From Myxococcales bacterium (GTDB taxonomy: Bacteria > Myxococcota_A > Polyangia > Polyangiales > Polyangiaceae), in NCBI GenBank assembly GCA_043747615.1, contig JAYTOU010000032.1, positions 53,899 to 117,898 of the forward strand: a stretch of DNA of 64,000 bases, given 5' to 3'. Below the pieces are notes generated by a model that saw nothing but the letters and a program-made list of their open reading frames with translations, made no database searches and was not told the DNA's origin. A program made the translations under genes and the position numbers. Shown here piece by piece: positions 37,308 to 47,848 of this stretch; the stretch's first letter is position 1, and each line of letters opens with the position of its first letter.

Positions 37308-39505
37308 TGGAACTCCACTTCGAACCCCACCGACCCATATAGGGCCGTTCGCGTGGTAACGAAGAGGGAGTTGAGAAACCGCGTGTACATCAGGTCTCCG
37401 GCGATCGTCAGTGCATATTGCGTCGTCGCTTCCGGAGAGCCAAGGAGAATTCGGGAGCCGCCGCCCGCCGTCATCGTGATGAGCGGGCCGAGCTCGCGAT
37501 CGTTGCTACGGTACGTCGGCGTCGTGATTTTTCCGTCGGGAGCGACAAGCGCGGCATAGGCGAGCTGGTAAAAATTCGCGCTCGTCTGCGCGTTGAAGCG
37601 CACGTGGGGCCAGACGCGGAGATAGCGTCCGAGGTCTTGCATGTAGCGAAGGTCGGTGGTGGTCGACTTCTGCTGCCACGAATCGGCGTAGATGCGTTCC
37701 TCGAGTCGGAGAGTGGCGGTCGAGAATCGGTGAAGGAAGCGGATTCCCGCCGCGTAGCGATCACGCTCGGTAGGCAGCTGCTCGAGCGGACGGAACGGCA
37801 ATCGGTAGAAGTTCACGAGGTCGACCGTCGCGCCCACCGGAATGCGCGAAGCGATGAGCGGTGAGAACATGGGGATGTAGCGGTAGAGCTTCGACTGATC
37901 TCCACGTTCCGCTGAAACTGTCCCGCCCACTTGGATGAGCGACGTCGGCGACATCACGATGGTGACGCTTCCCTCGAAGTCGTTCACGAGGAGCGTGTTG
38001 TGGAACGTGTCGAAAGGCGTCGTATTGCGACCGATGGTGTCCGCCGAGTGTGAATAGGCGAGCCGGGGAGTGATGAGCTTGTCCTTGAAATCTCCGGTGA
38101 TCGCCAGGCCGCCGTGCATCGATCGGTAGTCGGGCTCTGCGGAGACGCCGGCGTTACCTTGAATGCCGTAGAGCCCCGGTTTGTACCCGGCGTTGAGCGA
38201 CGCGGCGTAGCGCGTCTCTTTGTAGCGCGCAGAAGCCTCCGAGACGATGTCCGGAGACGCGGCGGTCACCACGTCGACGAGGTAGCTCGCGCCAACGTTC
38301 CATCCCGAGGTAGGAGAGACAATTGACGCGTTGATGGCGGGCGTGAAGATGTGGACGTGATTCGTATCCGTGTAGCCACTCACGTCGATCCCGGCCCTGA
38401 CGACGAGGTTCTTCGCTTTCTGCGGAAGGCACTTGAGGATCTCCTCCTGGCTCTTCGCTTCGCGCATGCACTTGAGCTGGCCCTGCGTGAGGAACTCGGG
38501 CGTCTTCGAGGTCAACGTGATTTTAACGGTGACGAGCTCGCCATCCTTCGCGACGATCTCCTCGTCGAAGCCGAGCGGAATTCCGTTTCCCGTACCCTCG
38601 GCTTGCACTTTGTGCTTGCCCGGGTCGATCGAAAATTTCTTGGTGAGGCTCTCGGTCGGCACGGCGCGCTCGTCGAAGGTGACCTTCAAGTCGGTCACGC
38701 CGGCCGGTGGCACGAACGTCACGTGGGCGATGCGCGCGATGAACTCTTGGACCTTCGCCGCGGCCACCTTCATCACCGGCGCATTTTTCCTCTGAATTCC
38801 GAGCTGGAGCGCCTTCTGCGCATCTCTCACGGCATCGAGAACCTTGTCCGCCTTGTTCTCGCAGGAGGCGAGGTGAAGGCGCGTGCCGGGCTGCTCTTCG
38901 AGCTTGAGCGATTCTTTGTCTTGGTCGATGCACTCTTCGAGATTGCCCGCGAGCTTCGCGGCAACACCCGCGCTGGCGAGCTTAAATGCCTTGGCGCTCG
39001 ACCAACCCGGCGGCGCGCGGCCTTCTTCCGGAGCAGCCGCTGGCACGGCGACGGCGGCTTTTTCTTCTTCTTCGGTCGCGGCGGGCGGAGGCGGGGGCGG
39101 CGGGGCGACGGCTTTCTGCGCCTCTGCAAACTGCGAACGGATATTCGGGCTGGTGCCTGACCCAGGCAGCTTGGCGCTCGCGTCTTCCTGGAGGGCGGAC
39201 GTGAAATGAGCTTTCGCCTCGTCGGCCTGCCCGATCTGGGACGAGACCATGCCCATCGCGACGTAGACCTGAGCCTTCGTCGCCGCCGAGCACTTCTTGC
39301 TTTTGTTGCAACGGTCAAGCAGCGCCTGAAGCCTCTTCTTGGCGTCACTGTAGCTCGCGGAAACGTACTCCTCGCCGAGCACCGCTTGGGCTCCCGAGGC
39401 AACGGCCGCGTCATCTCCGGCCGCGCGGGAAGGGCCAGCGACGAGTACGACTACGAGCGCGAGGAGCGTTGCTAAACCGGCGCGCAGCAAGGAGCGGCGA
39501 CCCAC
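37304..39505 (-). CDS. TPR/PEGA-like N-terminus fused to a DUF3570-like outer-membrane beta-barrel
   Basis: Signal peptide ending SRA; TPR helices; VDVVTAASPDIVSEAS, EPDY.S, EQLP.ER.R, R.Y.DSW; C-terminal FEVEFQ; GTG start 39505 inferred. Confidence 0.75.
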   Translation of the reverse strand: MGRRSLLRAGLATLLALVVVLVAGPSRAAGDDAAVASGAQAVLGEEYVSASYSDAKKRLQALLDRCNKSKKCSAATKAQVYVAMGMVSSQIGQADEAKAHFTSALQEDASAKLPGSGTSPNIRSQFAEAQKAVAPPPPPPPAATEEEEKAAVAVPAAAPEEGRAPPGWSSAKAFKLASAGVAAKLAGNLEECIDQDKESLKLEEQPGTRLHLASCENKADKVLDAVRDAQKALQLGIQRKNAPVMKVAAAKVQEFIARIAHVTFVPPAGVTDLKVTFDERAVPTESLTKKFSIDPGKHKVQAEGTGNGIPLGFDEEIVAKDGELVTVKITLTSKTPEFLTQGQLKCMREAKSQEEILKCLPQKAKNLVVRAGIDVSGYTDTNHVHIFTPAINASIVSPTSGWNVGASYLVDVVTAASPDIVSEASARYKETRYAASLNAGYKPGLYGIQGNAGVSAEPDYRSMHGGLAITGDFKDKLITPRLAYSHSADTIGRNTTPFDTFHNTLLVNDFEGSVTIVMSPTSLIQVGGTVSAERGDQSKLYRYIPMFSPLIASRIPVGATVDLVNFYRLPFRPLEQLPTERDRYAAGIRFLHRFSTATLRLEERIYADSWQQKSTTTDLRYMQDLGRYLRVWPHVRFNAQTSANFYQLAYAALVAPDGKITTPTYRSNDRELGPLITMTAGGGSRILLGSPEATTQYALTIAGDLMYTRFLNSLFVTTRTALYGSVGFEVEFQ

Positions 39506-39545
39506 GGGTTTTACGGTACCGGAAATTGGCTCACGTTTGCGAGCG

Positions 39546-39788
39546 CTAGTTGCAGCCGCAGCCGCCGCCGCCGCCGCCGAGACCGCCCGCAGCTCCTTCG
39601 GATACGGCCCGCACGTGCTCGTCCAACCCGGTGGAAATGTCTTCCGGCACCATCGTCGGGTGGGCCAGCGTTCCGCGCTCATACGGGGCGACGGTCGCGC
39701 AGCCCGTCACGGTGGCCGCCTCGAACGCGAGCACGGCCGCCAAAACACCAAACTGAAAGACGGTGCGAACACGAGTGATGCACGCCAT
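39546..39788 (-). CDS. DUF4266-family small lipoprotein
   Basis: VTGC lipobox, V.PYERG.L, C-terminal GGGGCGCN; AAGGAG RBS. Confidence 0.85.
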   Translation of the reverse strand: MACITRVRTVFQFGVLAAVLAFEAATVTGCATVAPYERGTLAHPTMVPEDISTGLDEHVRAVSEGAAGGLGGGGGGCGCN

Positions 39789-39842
39789 CGCAGGCTCCTT
39801 CGGGGGGGGAGGCTAAAAAGTCCACCCAATCGTGCCAAGGTT

Positions 39843-39858
39843 TGCACGAGCCACGCCA
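39843..39858 (-). promoter_or_regulatory. candidate sigma-54 promoter for the DUF4266-DUF3570-cytochrome operon
   Basis: Minus strand TGGCGTGGCTCGTGCA has GG-N10-GC spacing, about 55 nt upstream of the ATG. Confidence 0.45.
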
Positions 39859-39996
39859 GGTTTTCCAAACTTCTGGAGCCAGCGAATTGCCCGCATAGTG
39901 AGTTTACACGGGTCGCAGAGGCTTGCACGCGTCTCGTCGTGCTGGATCGCTCGAGATCTAGTTGCGTCGGCACGTCCCGTGCTCACAGAATAGGTC

Positions 39997-40599
39997 ATGA
40001 TCGGACGATCGACACTGGCTGCTCTCGCGGCGGGCTGCGTCTTTGCCACCGTGCTCGCCGCGTGCACCGAGGACACGACGAAGTACGGAGACTCGAACGG
40101 GCTCGCGGGAAAGCATCTCCCGACCCCGAGCACGACGGCCACCGTTGCCCCCGGAGGCGACGGTGGAATGACGATGACGGGGCCAACGCTCAAAGATCTC
40201 TGCGGCGGCGCGGGGCCGCTCGACGGGGGCGCGTGCGCGGTGAGCTGGACGACCACGATCTATCCGAAGTACATCGCCGCGGCGGGCACCTGGAAATGCG
40301 CAGACGCCAACTGCCACGGCCCCGGGTCGGCGCAGCTCCCCTCGATCAGCGACAAAGCCGACAAGGCCTATCTCCAGCTTGCGAACTACAAAGGCTCGGG
40401 GCTCACCGGCTTTGCCAACAAGGTCTACATCAACCCGTGCTCCGTCGATCCCGCGACCTCCGCGCTCAGCTGCAATCTTTTGGGCTCGTGCACACCGACC
40501 ATGCCCGTCACCGGTGGTAGCGTTAGCTCCGCAGGGGCCACGGCGGCCGAAAATGCAGACGTCGACAAGTGGCTCAAGTGCGGCGCACCTTTCAACTGA
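39997..40599 (+). CDS. Cys-rich lipoprotein with CX4CH heme-like motif
   Basis: Lipobox LAAC; CADANCH; MP...W...GAP C-terminus. Confidence 0.75.
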   Translation: MIGRSTLAALAAGCVFATVLAACTEDTTKYGDSNGLAGKHLPTPSTTATVAPGGDGGMTMTGPTLKDLCGGAGPLDGGACAVSWTTTIYPKYIAAAGTWKCADANCHGPGSAQLPSISDKADKAYLQLANYKGSGLTGFANKVYINPCSVDPATSALSCNLLGSCTPTMPVTGGSVSSAGATAAENADVDKWLKCGAPFN

Positions 40600-40637
40600 T
40601 CAACTGAAAACGAAACGCTGAAGAATCGCCCGACGCC

Positions 40638-41444
40638 TTGGATCACCTTCTCTCCCGCCTAGAACGCCGCTTCGGCAAGTTTGCCGTCGCCAACCTGACC
40701 ACCGTGCTCGTCGCGGGGACGGTCCTGGTGTTCCTGCTTTCCGTCGTGCGGCCGCAGTTCATCAATCTCATCGATCTCGATCTCGGACGCGTTGCTCAAG
40801 GGCAAGTGTGGCGACTCTTCACGTACGTGTTCATCCCGACGTACTTGCCGGATCTGAAGTCGCCAATGTCGATGATCCTCTGGTGCTATTCCATCTATTG
40901 GATCTACCTGACCGGATCGAGCCTCGAGAGCGAGTGGGGCGCGTTCAAGCTCAACATGTTCCTCCTGACCGGCATGCTCGGGACGACCATCGCTGCAGCA
41001 GTGAGCGGCGGCGCAGTCGGGAGCGGGCTTCTCGTCCTCACCTTGTTCCTCGCGTTTGCCACCGTTTTTCCCGACTACCAGATTCTTCTTTTTTTCGTCC
41101 TCCCGATCAAAATGAAATGGCTCGGCATCCTCTCTGGCGGCTTCCTCGTGTACAGCGCGGTAACGGGGAGCTGGGAGATGCGAGCGGCGGTCGTCGCAGG
41201 CTCCGCGAACTACCTGCTCTTTTTCGGGGAGCATCTCTGGGGACTGTGGAAGGGGCGTAACCTCGCTGTCCGGCAGGCTGCCAACCGCGCGTCGAGCCGC
41301 CCGCCACCGGCGGTCGCTGCAGGCCGGAGCTGCGCGATCTGCGGCGAACGCGAGGAGGACGGCGCAGACATTCGCGTTTGCTCCTGCGAAAAATGCGGCG
41401 GGCAGCAACGCACGCTCTGCCTCGCGCACGCCCGCAATCACTGA
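40638..41444 (+). CDS. rhomboid-superfamily membrane protein with C-terminal Cys/His zinc finger
   Basis: GQVWRLFTY, LE.EWG; C-terminal CAICG...CSCEKC...CLAH. Confidence 0.75.
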   Translation: MDHLLSRLERRFGKFAVANLTTVLVAGTVLVFLLSVVRPQFINLIDLDLGRVAQGQVWRLFTYVFIPTYLPDLKSPMSMILWCYSIYWIYLTGSSLESEWGAFKLNMFLLTGMLGTTIAAAVSGGAVGSGLLVLTLFLAFATVFPDYQILLFFVLPIKMKWLGILSGGFLVYSAVTGSWEMRAAVVAGSANYLLFFGEHLWGLWKGRNLAVRQAANRASSRPPPAVAAGRSCAICGEREEDGADIRVCSCEKCGGQQRTLCLAHARNH

Positions 41445-41632
41445 GGGTGTAGAGACCCTCAGACACGTCCGTCGTTGCTGATCTTCGGGAATTCCCGGGC
41501 CCGTGTCGCGCACCGAAAACCATGCACCGCCTCCCTCTACGCCGGCCCGCCCGGTCACGGCGCTCTTTTCGGGCGTGAAACGAATCGCGGACGATCAACC
41601 CTTGAGGACAAGTTTGTGGGGGATGCGGTGAC

Positions 41633-42613
41633 CTACACTTCGAGCACGAGCTTGCCGAACGACGCATTGGTCGCGGTGTAGGCGTGCGCCGCTGCGGCTT
41701 CATCGAGGGGCATCACGCGGTCGATGATCGGTCGCAACATCCCCCGTTCGACGAGGGGCATCACGTGGTTCGCCAAAGCCTGCCCTGCCGCGATTTTTTC
41801 CTCGATCGGTCGACTGCGGAGCGCGGTTCCCACGATCGAGATCCGCCGTCGCAAGACCAGGCCGAGGTCGACGTCTGCGCGGGTCCCCGCCATCAGACCG
41901 ACGAGAATGAGCCGTCCGCGAGTGGCGATGCACGTCAAGTCCTCAGGTACGTAGGCGCCCCCAACGAGCTCGACGACGACGTCCACCCCGCGCCCGTGCG
42001 TCAGGCGAAGCACCTCGCTGGAGAATGCGCTCCCCTCGACAACAATTCCTTCGTCCATGCCGAGAGCGCGCGCCCGTTCAAGCTTGCTCTTCGTGCGCGC
42101 CGTCCCGATCGACCGTGCACCGATCGCTCGGGCGATCTGCACGGCGGCCGTACCGACGCCGCTGCCCACCGCCGGAATGAGCACGATTTGCCCTGCGGAG
42201 AGGCCCCCCAAGAGGACCATCGCATCGTAAGCCGTGGTGAACGCTTCGGGGAGCGCAGCCGCATCCGTAAAGGAAAGCGCGTCCGGAATTCTCGCGAGCG
42301 TTCGAGCGTGCGTAACAATGTACTCTGCATACGATCCGCCGCCCACGAGCCCGAGCACGCGCGCTCCGACCGCGACGCCGCTCACACCCTCACCGAGCGC
42401 ATCGACCTCGCCCGAGAACTCGAGACCGGGAATGTCGGCCGGGCAGTCGCTCGGCGCGGGATACGCGCCCATGCGTTGGAGGAGATCGGCGCGGTTGACG
42501 GCGGTAGCGCGCACCCTCACGCGCACTTCGCCGCGCCCGGGCTCCGGCGTCGGTACGTCACGGATCTGGAGGACGTCGGGATCGCCGAACTGGGTGATTA
42601 CAATCGCGCGCAT
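41633..42613 (-). CDS. NAD(P)H:quinone oxidoreductase (MDR/PIG3 family)
   Basis: VNRADLLQRMGAYP, PGLEFSG, GGSYAEY, SGVGTAA, GKLVL. Confidence 0.93.
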   Translation of the reverse strand: MRAIVITQFGDPDVLQIRDVPTPEPGRGEVRVRVRATAVNRADLLQRMGAYPAPSDCPADIPGLEFSGEVDALGEGVSGVAVGARVLGLVGGGSYAEYIVTHARTLARIPDALSFTDAAALPEAFTTAYDAMVLLGGLSAGQIVLIPAVGSGVGTAAVQIARAIGARSIGTARTKSKLERARALGMDEGIVVEGSAFSSEVLRLTHGRGVDVVVELVGGAYVPEDLTCIATRGRLILVGLMAGTRADVDLGLVLRRRISIVGTALRSRPIEEKIAAGQALANHVMPLVERGMLRPIIDRVMPLDEAAAAHAYTATNASFGKLVLEV

Positions 42614-42644
42614 GGAGCGTAGTAGCACCCGCGTGCGACCGCGC

Positions 42645-43532
42645 TCACCAAAGAACGGTCAAGCCGATGCGAGCGCCCCACACCTGTTCTGCGCCTGGGA
42701 AAACAGCATTCACCAGGTTCGCTACCAAGCCGAACGTGGGCTGCACGCGATCGAACATCAGTCGAACGTTCGGCACCACGGTGACGTAGAGGCGGCGGTC
42801 GTCGGCGACGGGGGCGTCGACATAGTAAAGCTCGAAGAGCTCGACCCCCGCGGCAACGAGGTGGGTCACGCGGTAGCCGACGTAGACGGAGGTCACGGCG
42901 AGAAGACGGCTGCTCCCTCCTCGACGCACCGCGAACTGCCAATCGAGCGCCTGGCGGAGCTGGAGCACGAGCGGCCCGATCACGTGGCGCACGTCGACGA
43001 ACGGACGGATCGCAAGAAATCCTTCTTGGAATGCCGACTCGTCCCACGGGCGCAGGGTCACCGCCGCGAGCGCCACATCACGGTTCTCGCTCTCGCGACT
43101 GAAGCTCGCCGTAGGGACCATGACTCCGAATCCGCCGCCGAATGCGAGCCCGGTTGGCGTAGCCCACACGGCGCGTCCGTAGATTTCGGCATTGCCCCCT
43201 ACGACGCGGATGGGCTGAGGGCTCGAGGGCGCGCCGAGCGCGGTTTGGTACGTTGCGCCGGCGAACCACCGGCGACGCGCGAGGGGGATTTCTACGTTGA
43301 GCCTCTGGGTCTGGACGGGAACGTGACCGCCCGCGAGGGGGCTCGTGGGGCTCGACGTAAACGCGCCCATCGTAGTCTCCAGCGTTGCCTCGCTGTCGGC
43401 GTGAGTGAGCTCGGGCAGCGTCGGGGGCCGCTGCACCTCGGGCAAAAGGCGCGTGTCGTCCGTTTCGCCGGAGGCAGGGCCCGCCGCGACGAAGAGCGCG
43501 AGCGCGAGAAGGCTCGTCCAGACGTGACGCAT
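42645..43532 (-). CDS. hypothetical secreted/outer-membrane protein
   Basis: Signal peptide; amphipathic beta pattern; C-terminal aromatic W. Confidence 0.7.
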   Translation of the reverse strand: MRHVWTSLLALALFVAAGPASGETDDTRLLPEVQRPPTLPELTHADSEATLETTMGAFTSSPTSPLAGGHVPVQTQRLNVEIPLARRRWFAGATYQTALGAPSSPQPIRVVGGNAEIYGRAVWATPTGLAFGGGFGVMVPTASFSRESENRDVALAAVTLRPWDESAFQEGFLAIRPFVDVRHVIGPLVLQLRQALDWQFAVRRGGSSRLLAVTSVYVGYRVTHLVAAGVELFELYYVDAPVADDRRLYVTVVPNVRLMFDRVQPTFGLVANLVNAVFPGAEQVWGARIGLTVLW

Positions 43533-43629
43533 CGTGTGGCAATAGCGCTCCGCGTGCACCGCGGAAAGGGTGCTCACTCATTCCTCTGCCAAATCTCGCT
43601 CAATTCGATTACGAGCGTAAGACCGTTTC

Positions 43630-43908
43630 ATGTCCAACAAATGCGTGCAGCTCGTGATTCGAGGTCGGGTCACGGGAGTCTTTTTTCGAGCGTCTGCGCA
43701 GCGCGAGGCGCGGCGCCTCGGCATCACAGGCTTCGTCAAGACCCGCAACGACAGCTCGGTCGAGATCCTCGCCGAAGGGGACGAAGACTCCATCAAAGAG
43801 ATCATCAGCTGGGCACATCACGGCCCCTCTGCGGCACGGGTCGACAGCTGCGACGTCCGGTGGCGGAGCTACAGCGGTGAGCACGCGGATTTTGAGATCA
43901 CGCAATAG
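43630..43908 (+). CDS. acyP: acylphosphatase
   Basis: GRVTGVFFR, GFV, D.SVE, GPSAARV. Confidence 0.92.
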   Translation: MSNKCVQLVIRGRVTGVFFRASAQREARRLGITGFVKTRNDSSVEILAEGDEDSIKEIISWAHHGPSAARVDSCDVRWRSYSGEHADFEITQ

Positions 43909-43945
43909 ATTCCTCGGTTCGGCGTTCTCACGACGTGGGCACGCG

Positions 43946-45307
43946 ATGACGAACGGCAGCAAAATAGGATTGTTTGGCGTTGTCCTAGCCTTGGCGTTCC
44001 GTGCCCCGCCCGCCGCCGCCGACGTGCCTCAAACGACCGTGGAAATCGGTAGCGCAGCTACGAAGCGCTGTGGTGCGCTCGGACCGAACGCGCTCCCCGC
44101 AGCCCTCCCCGCGATGCAAGCCAAGCTCGCCGAGGTTCGAGACCGTGTCGACGACAGGGTGGCCGCCAGCGTGAAAGCGGCGATGGACGCCAGTCCCCCA
44201 GCCGGTGAAGACGCCGGTGAAGCCTTCGACCTCACCGAGGCTCTCCTCCACGCGCCCCCTTCGGACCCAATGGGGGACCGCGTCGCTCTCGAGATCTCCT
44301 GCCTCCTCAGCGGGCTCGGTCACATAGGTACCACCCCAGCCGCTCGGCTTCTGGTTTCTGCGTACGCGATGGCGCCGTTTCGTGCAGAGGTGAATCGGCT
44401 CGTGAAGGTGATCGGGGAGCGAGCCCTCGCGGCGCTCATCGAGGCCCGAAAGAGCGCATCTCCAGCTACGCGCTCGTGGTCGAGCGGTGTCCTCGAAGCG
44501 ATGAACAAGAAACTCCCGGGTGACGCGGTGCAGAGCAAGAGCAACCAGGTCCTCGCCGACGTCCTCATGGCCTACGGAAATATCCACGACATGGACGCGA
44601 TCGGCGTCATCCTGTCGTTCGTCAACTCAGACCGTGTGCAGATCCGGGATGCGGCACGCGAGGCGCTCGGCGCCTACGGACAGGACGCGCTCGCCAAGCT
44701 GCGCGAGGCACACAGCAACCTCACGGGCAAGAACGCGCGCGACGACTGGAGCGCCGCGCAGGTCGCGAAAGAGCTATTTTTAGCCTACGACAAGGTTCGC
44801 TTGCAGGAGGTCTATGCCCTCCTCGACGAGGGCCTCGCCCTCGAGAAAGCTGGCAAGCTCGACGAGGCCGTGGTGGCGTTCGATCGCATTCTTGCGCGGC
44901 AGCCGATGCTCGATCGCCGCTCCGAGGCCGTGCCCACTTATGTGCAGTATGCACTGACTATCGAGGAGAAGAATCGGCCAAGTGCGCTCGCTTACTTGCG
45001 CAAAGCCGCCCGCCTCGATCCGGAGAACGCGCGACAAGGGCAGATCGCCAGCGAAGTTGCCTACCTCGAAGGCGAGGAGCTCCTCGCACATGGGGTGGTC
45101 GATAGCGCGCGCTTCCAGAAAGCCGCGGCGCTCGATCCCGGAAACGCGAGGGCACGTGCGGAGCTCGCTCGCATCGACGCCGCTGCGGCAGGCCGTGATG
45201 CGCGCGTGCGACGTTGGGAGTGGGCGGGGGGCGGCGCCGCAGCAGCAGTCGCCTTGCTGATCCTCTTCGGGCGACGTCCCAACAAACGCAAAAGAGCGAC
45301 GAGCTAG
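43946..45307 (+). CDS. HEAT/TPR-repeat protein with C-terminal membrane anchor
   Basis: Signal peptide; helical repeats; C-terminal hydrophobic segment plus basic tail. Confidence 0.75.
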   Translation: MTNGSKIGLFGVVLALAFRAPPAAADVPQTTVEIGSAATKRCGALGPNALPAALPAMQAKLAEVRDRVDDRVAASVKAAMDASPPAGEDAGEAFDLTEALLHAPPSDPMGDRVALEISCLLSGLGHIGTTPAARLLVSAYAMAPFRAEVNRLVKVIGERALAALIEARKSASPATRSWSSGVLEAMNKKLPGDAVQSKSNQVLADVLMAYGNIHDMDAIGVILSFVNSDRVQIRDAAREALGAYGQDALAKLREAHSNLTGKNARDDWSAAQVAKELFLAYDKVRLQEVYALLDEGLALEKAGKLDEAVVAFDRILARQPMLDRRSEAVPTYVQYALTIEEKNRPSALAYLRKAARLDPENARQGQIASEVAYLEGEELLAHGVVDSARFQKAAALDPGNARARAELARIDAAAAGRDARVRRWEWAGGGAAAAVALLILFGRRPNKRKRATS

Positions 45308-45350
45308 AGAAGCCCGTCGCTCATCGTGCGAGGTATTCGCGAAACCGAAG

Positions 45351-45917
45351 TTACTCGGCTTTGACGCCTTCTTTGGGGCTCGCTGCCGTGGTGGCCTTCT
45401 TCGCCTTAGCGGCCTTCGGTGCAGCGGCCTTCTTCTTCGGCTTGTCGTCGCCTTCGCCCTTGGGCGTTGCTTCGCCAACCCACTCAATCATGGAGATCGG
45501 TGCGTTGTCGCCGCGGCGGGGTCCGAACTTGACGATGCGGGTGTAGCCGCCTGCGCGACCTTTGAAGCGCTTGGCGAGATCGAGGAAGACCTTCTCCACG
45601 ATGTCGACGCGCTTGGACTCTCCGCCCTTTTCGATCTTCGTGACGAAGCGCGGAATGTAGGCTGCGACGAGTCGCGTGGCGTGAAGCCGGCGCGCCTTGT
45701 CGAGGTCGGAGAGCTTGTCTTGGGGCGTGTACGCGACTTCACCCAGGCGGATGGCCTTGGTGAGGAGGCGCTCGGCAACGCGGCGAAGCTCTTTCGCCTT
45801 CGCGTCGGTCGTCTCGATCCGCTCGTGCAGAACGAGATTGGCCGTCAGATTGCGAAACATCGCTCGACGGTGGCTGGTGTTGCGGTCGAACTTCCGACCT
45901 GCATTATTATGGCGCAT
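45351..45917 (-). CDS. rplQ: 50S ribosomal protein L17 (extended)
   Basis: MRH...[36 protein letters not shown]. Confidence 0.97.
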   Translation of the reverse strand: MRHNNAGRKFDRNTSHRRAMFRNLTANLVLHERIETTDAKAKELRRVAERLLTKAIRLGEVAYTPQDKLSDLDKARRLHATRLVAAYIPRFVTKIEKGGESKRVDIVEKVFLDLAKRFKGRAGGYTRIVKFGPRRGDNAPISMIEWVGEATPKGEGDDKPKKKAAAPKAAKAKKATTAASPKEGVKAE

Positions 45918-45937
45918 GACTCAGTTCCTTATCGCAA

Positions 45938-46960
45938 TCAGGCCTGAGCCTGCTGCGCCTTCCACCGCTCGATCATCTGCGGCCAGTTGTCGATCTTCAT
46001 TCCGAGAGAGAGCCCCATGTTGGCAAGGATCTCTTTGATTTCCTTCAGGCTCTTTCGGCCGAAGTTCTTGGTCTTGAGCATGTCCTGCTCCGTACGCTGA
46101 ACGAGCTCACCAATAAGCGTGATGTTCGCGTTCTGCAGGCAGTTTGCCGAGCGGACGCTGAGCTCAAGCTCGTCGACCGAGCGGAATAAATTCTCGTTGA
46201 GGGGCTCGTCTTCGCCGCCGCCGACGACGTAGCTGGCTTCTTCCGTCTCTTCGAAGTTGATGAAGATCGAGAGCTGCTCTTTCAGAATCTTCGCCGCGTA
46301 GGCAACGGCGTCCTGGGGCTTCACGCTGCCGTTCGTCCACACTTCGAGCGAGAGCTTGTCGAAGTCAGTGACCTGACCGACGCGCGCGTTGGTGACCGTG
46401 TAGTTCACCTTGCGAATGGGGGCGAAGAGGCTGTCGATCGGGATGGTGCCGATGGGCATCGTCGCCGTCTTGTTCTTGTCCGCGGGGACGTAGCCGCGGC
46501 CCACGTTGACCGTGAGCTCCATCGAGAGCGGGCCCTTTTTGTCGAGCGTCGCGATGAGGTGATCAGGGTTGAGGACCTGGAGGCCGTCGACGAGAAGGAT
46601 GTCCTTCGCGTAAACCGGGCCGGGGCCTTCCTTCTCGATGCGGACGGTGTACGTCTTCGCGTTCGCGGCCTTGAGGACGACTTCCTTCAAGTTGAGGATG
46701 ATGTCCGTGACGTCTTCGACGACGTCCGCGATCGTGGTGAACTCGTGGAGCGCTCCGCCTTCCATCCGGACGGCCGTGATGGCGGCGCCCTGGAGGGACG
46801 ACAGGAGGATTCGCCGGAGCGAGTTGCCGATGGTGATACCGAAACCGCGCTCGAGCGGCTCGCAGGTGAACTTGCCGTAAAACTCGGTGATCGTCTCGCT
46901 CTCGATTTGAATGCCGCGCGGACGAATGAGATCTCGCCAATTCCTAGTAACGATATTCAT
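45938..46960 (-). CDS. rpoA: RNA polymerase alpha subunit
   Basis: [40 protein letters not shown]. Confidence 0.99.
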   Translation of the reverse strand: MNIVTRNWRDLIRPRGIQIESETITEFYGKFTCEPLERGFGITIGNSLRRILLSSLQGAAITAVRMEGGALHEFTTIADVVEDVTDIILNLKEVVLKAANAKTYTVRIEKEGPGPVYAKDILLVDGLQVLNPDHLIATLDKKGPLSMELTVNVGRGYVPADKNKTATMPIGTIPIDSLFAPIRKVNYTVTNARVGQVTDFDKLSLEVWTNGSVKPQDAVAYAAKILKEQLSIFINFEETEEASYVVGGGEDEPLNENLFRSVDELELSVRSANCLQNANITLIGELVQRTEQDMLKTKNFGRKSLKEIKEILANMGLSLGMKIDNWPQMIERWKAQQAQA

Positions 46961-47083
46961 GTTTCAACTCGCTCCCGATGATTCGTTTACGCGGCGATCC
47001 CAACTTGCTTTTGAACCCGCTCGCCAGCGAAGTCCGTCGCCTGCCCGTATGTAGAAGATAAAAAGAGGAAGTCGCCTGGCTGC

Positions 47084-47713
47084 TTAGCGGCTGTAGTACT
47101 CGACCACGAGCTGCTCGCGAATTTGCGGCTCGTTGAGCTCTTCGCGGACGGGGGCGCCTTTGTAGATGCCGGCGAAGTTCGCCTTGTCGAGCTCGAGCCA
47201 CGTGAGCTGTGCACGCTTCTCGGTCTGCGCGAGAGACGCGCTGATCTGCGCGATCTTGCGGCTGGCTTCACGGATTTCGACCTTGTCGCCCGGGCGGAGA
47301 ATCACGCTGGGGATGTTCACGCGTTTGCCATTCACGAGGATGTGATTGTGCTTCACGACCTGGCGAGCCTCTGCACGCGTAGCGCCGAAGCCGAGACGAT
47401 GAACGACGTTGTCGAGACGGCTCTCGAGGAGTCCGAGCATCTCTTCGCCGGTGCGGCCCTTACGGCGCGTGGCGTCGAAGTAATAACCCTGGAACTGGCG
47501 CTCGAGGATCCCGTAGATGCGGCGGACCTTCTGCTTCTCGCGGAGACGAACGGCGTACTCGGAGAGCTTGATGCGCCCCTGCCCATGCTGTCCCGGCGGA
47601 TAAGGCCGGCGCGTGTACGCGCACTTTTCAGTGTAGCAACGCTCTCCCTTGAGAAAGAGCTTCATGCCTTCACGGCGGCAGAGTTTGCACACCGGGCCAA
47701 TGTAACGAGCCAT
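47084..47713 (-). CDS. rpsD: 30S ribosomal protein S4 (Zn type)
   Basis: [36 protein letters not shown]. Confidence 0.99.
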   Translation of the reverse strand: MARYIGPVCKLCRREGMKLFLKGERCYTEKCAYTRRPYPPGQHGQGRIKLSEYAVRLREKQKVRRIYGILERQFQGYYFDATRRKGRTGEEMLGLLESRLDNVVHRLGFGATRAEARQVVKHNHILVNGKRVNIPSVILRPGDKVEIREASRKIAQISASLAQTEKRAQLTWLELDKANFAGIYKGAPVREELNEPQIREQLVVEYYSR

Positions 47714-47820
47714 TCGATTTGTCCTTCTTATTTAGAAGTCTTCTTTCGAAGACTAAAAAACCGGTTTACACGCTTTCGCGCTTCATCCCGGATACCGCTC
47801 GGAGACCGAGCAGGGAGGGC

Positions 47821-47848
47821 TTTTTACGCCTTTCCCAACGATTTGCAA
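47821..47848 (-). promoter_or_regulatory. candidate internal sigma70-type promoter for rpsD-rpoA-rplQ
   Basis: Minus strand TTGCAA-N16-TAAAAA followed by GC-rich GCCCTCCC. Confidence 0.45.

Noticed and set aside
39823..39838. Second TGGCACG box on the minus strand as a sigma-54 promoter
   Set aside because: No GC at the -12 position
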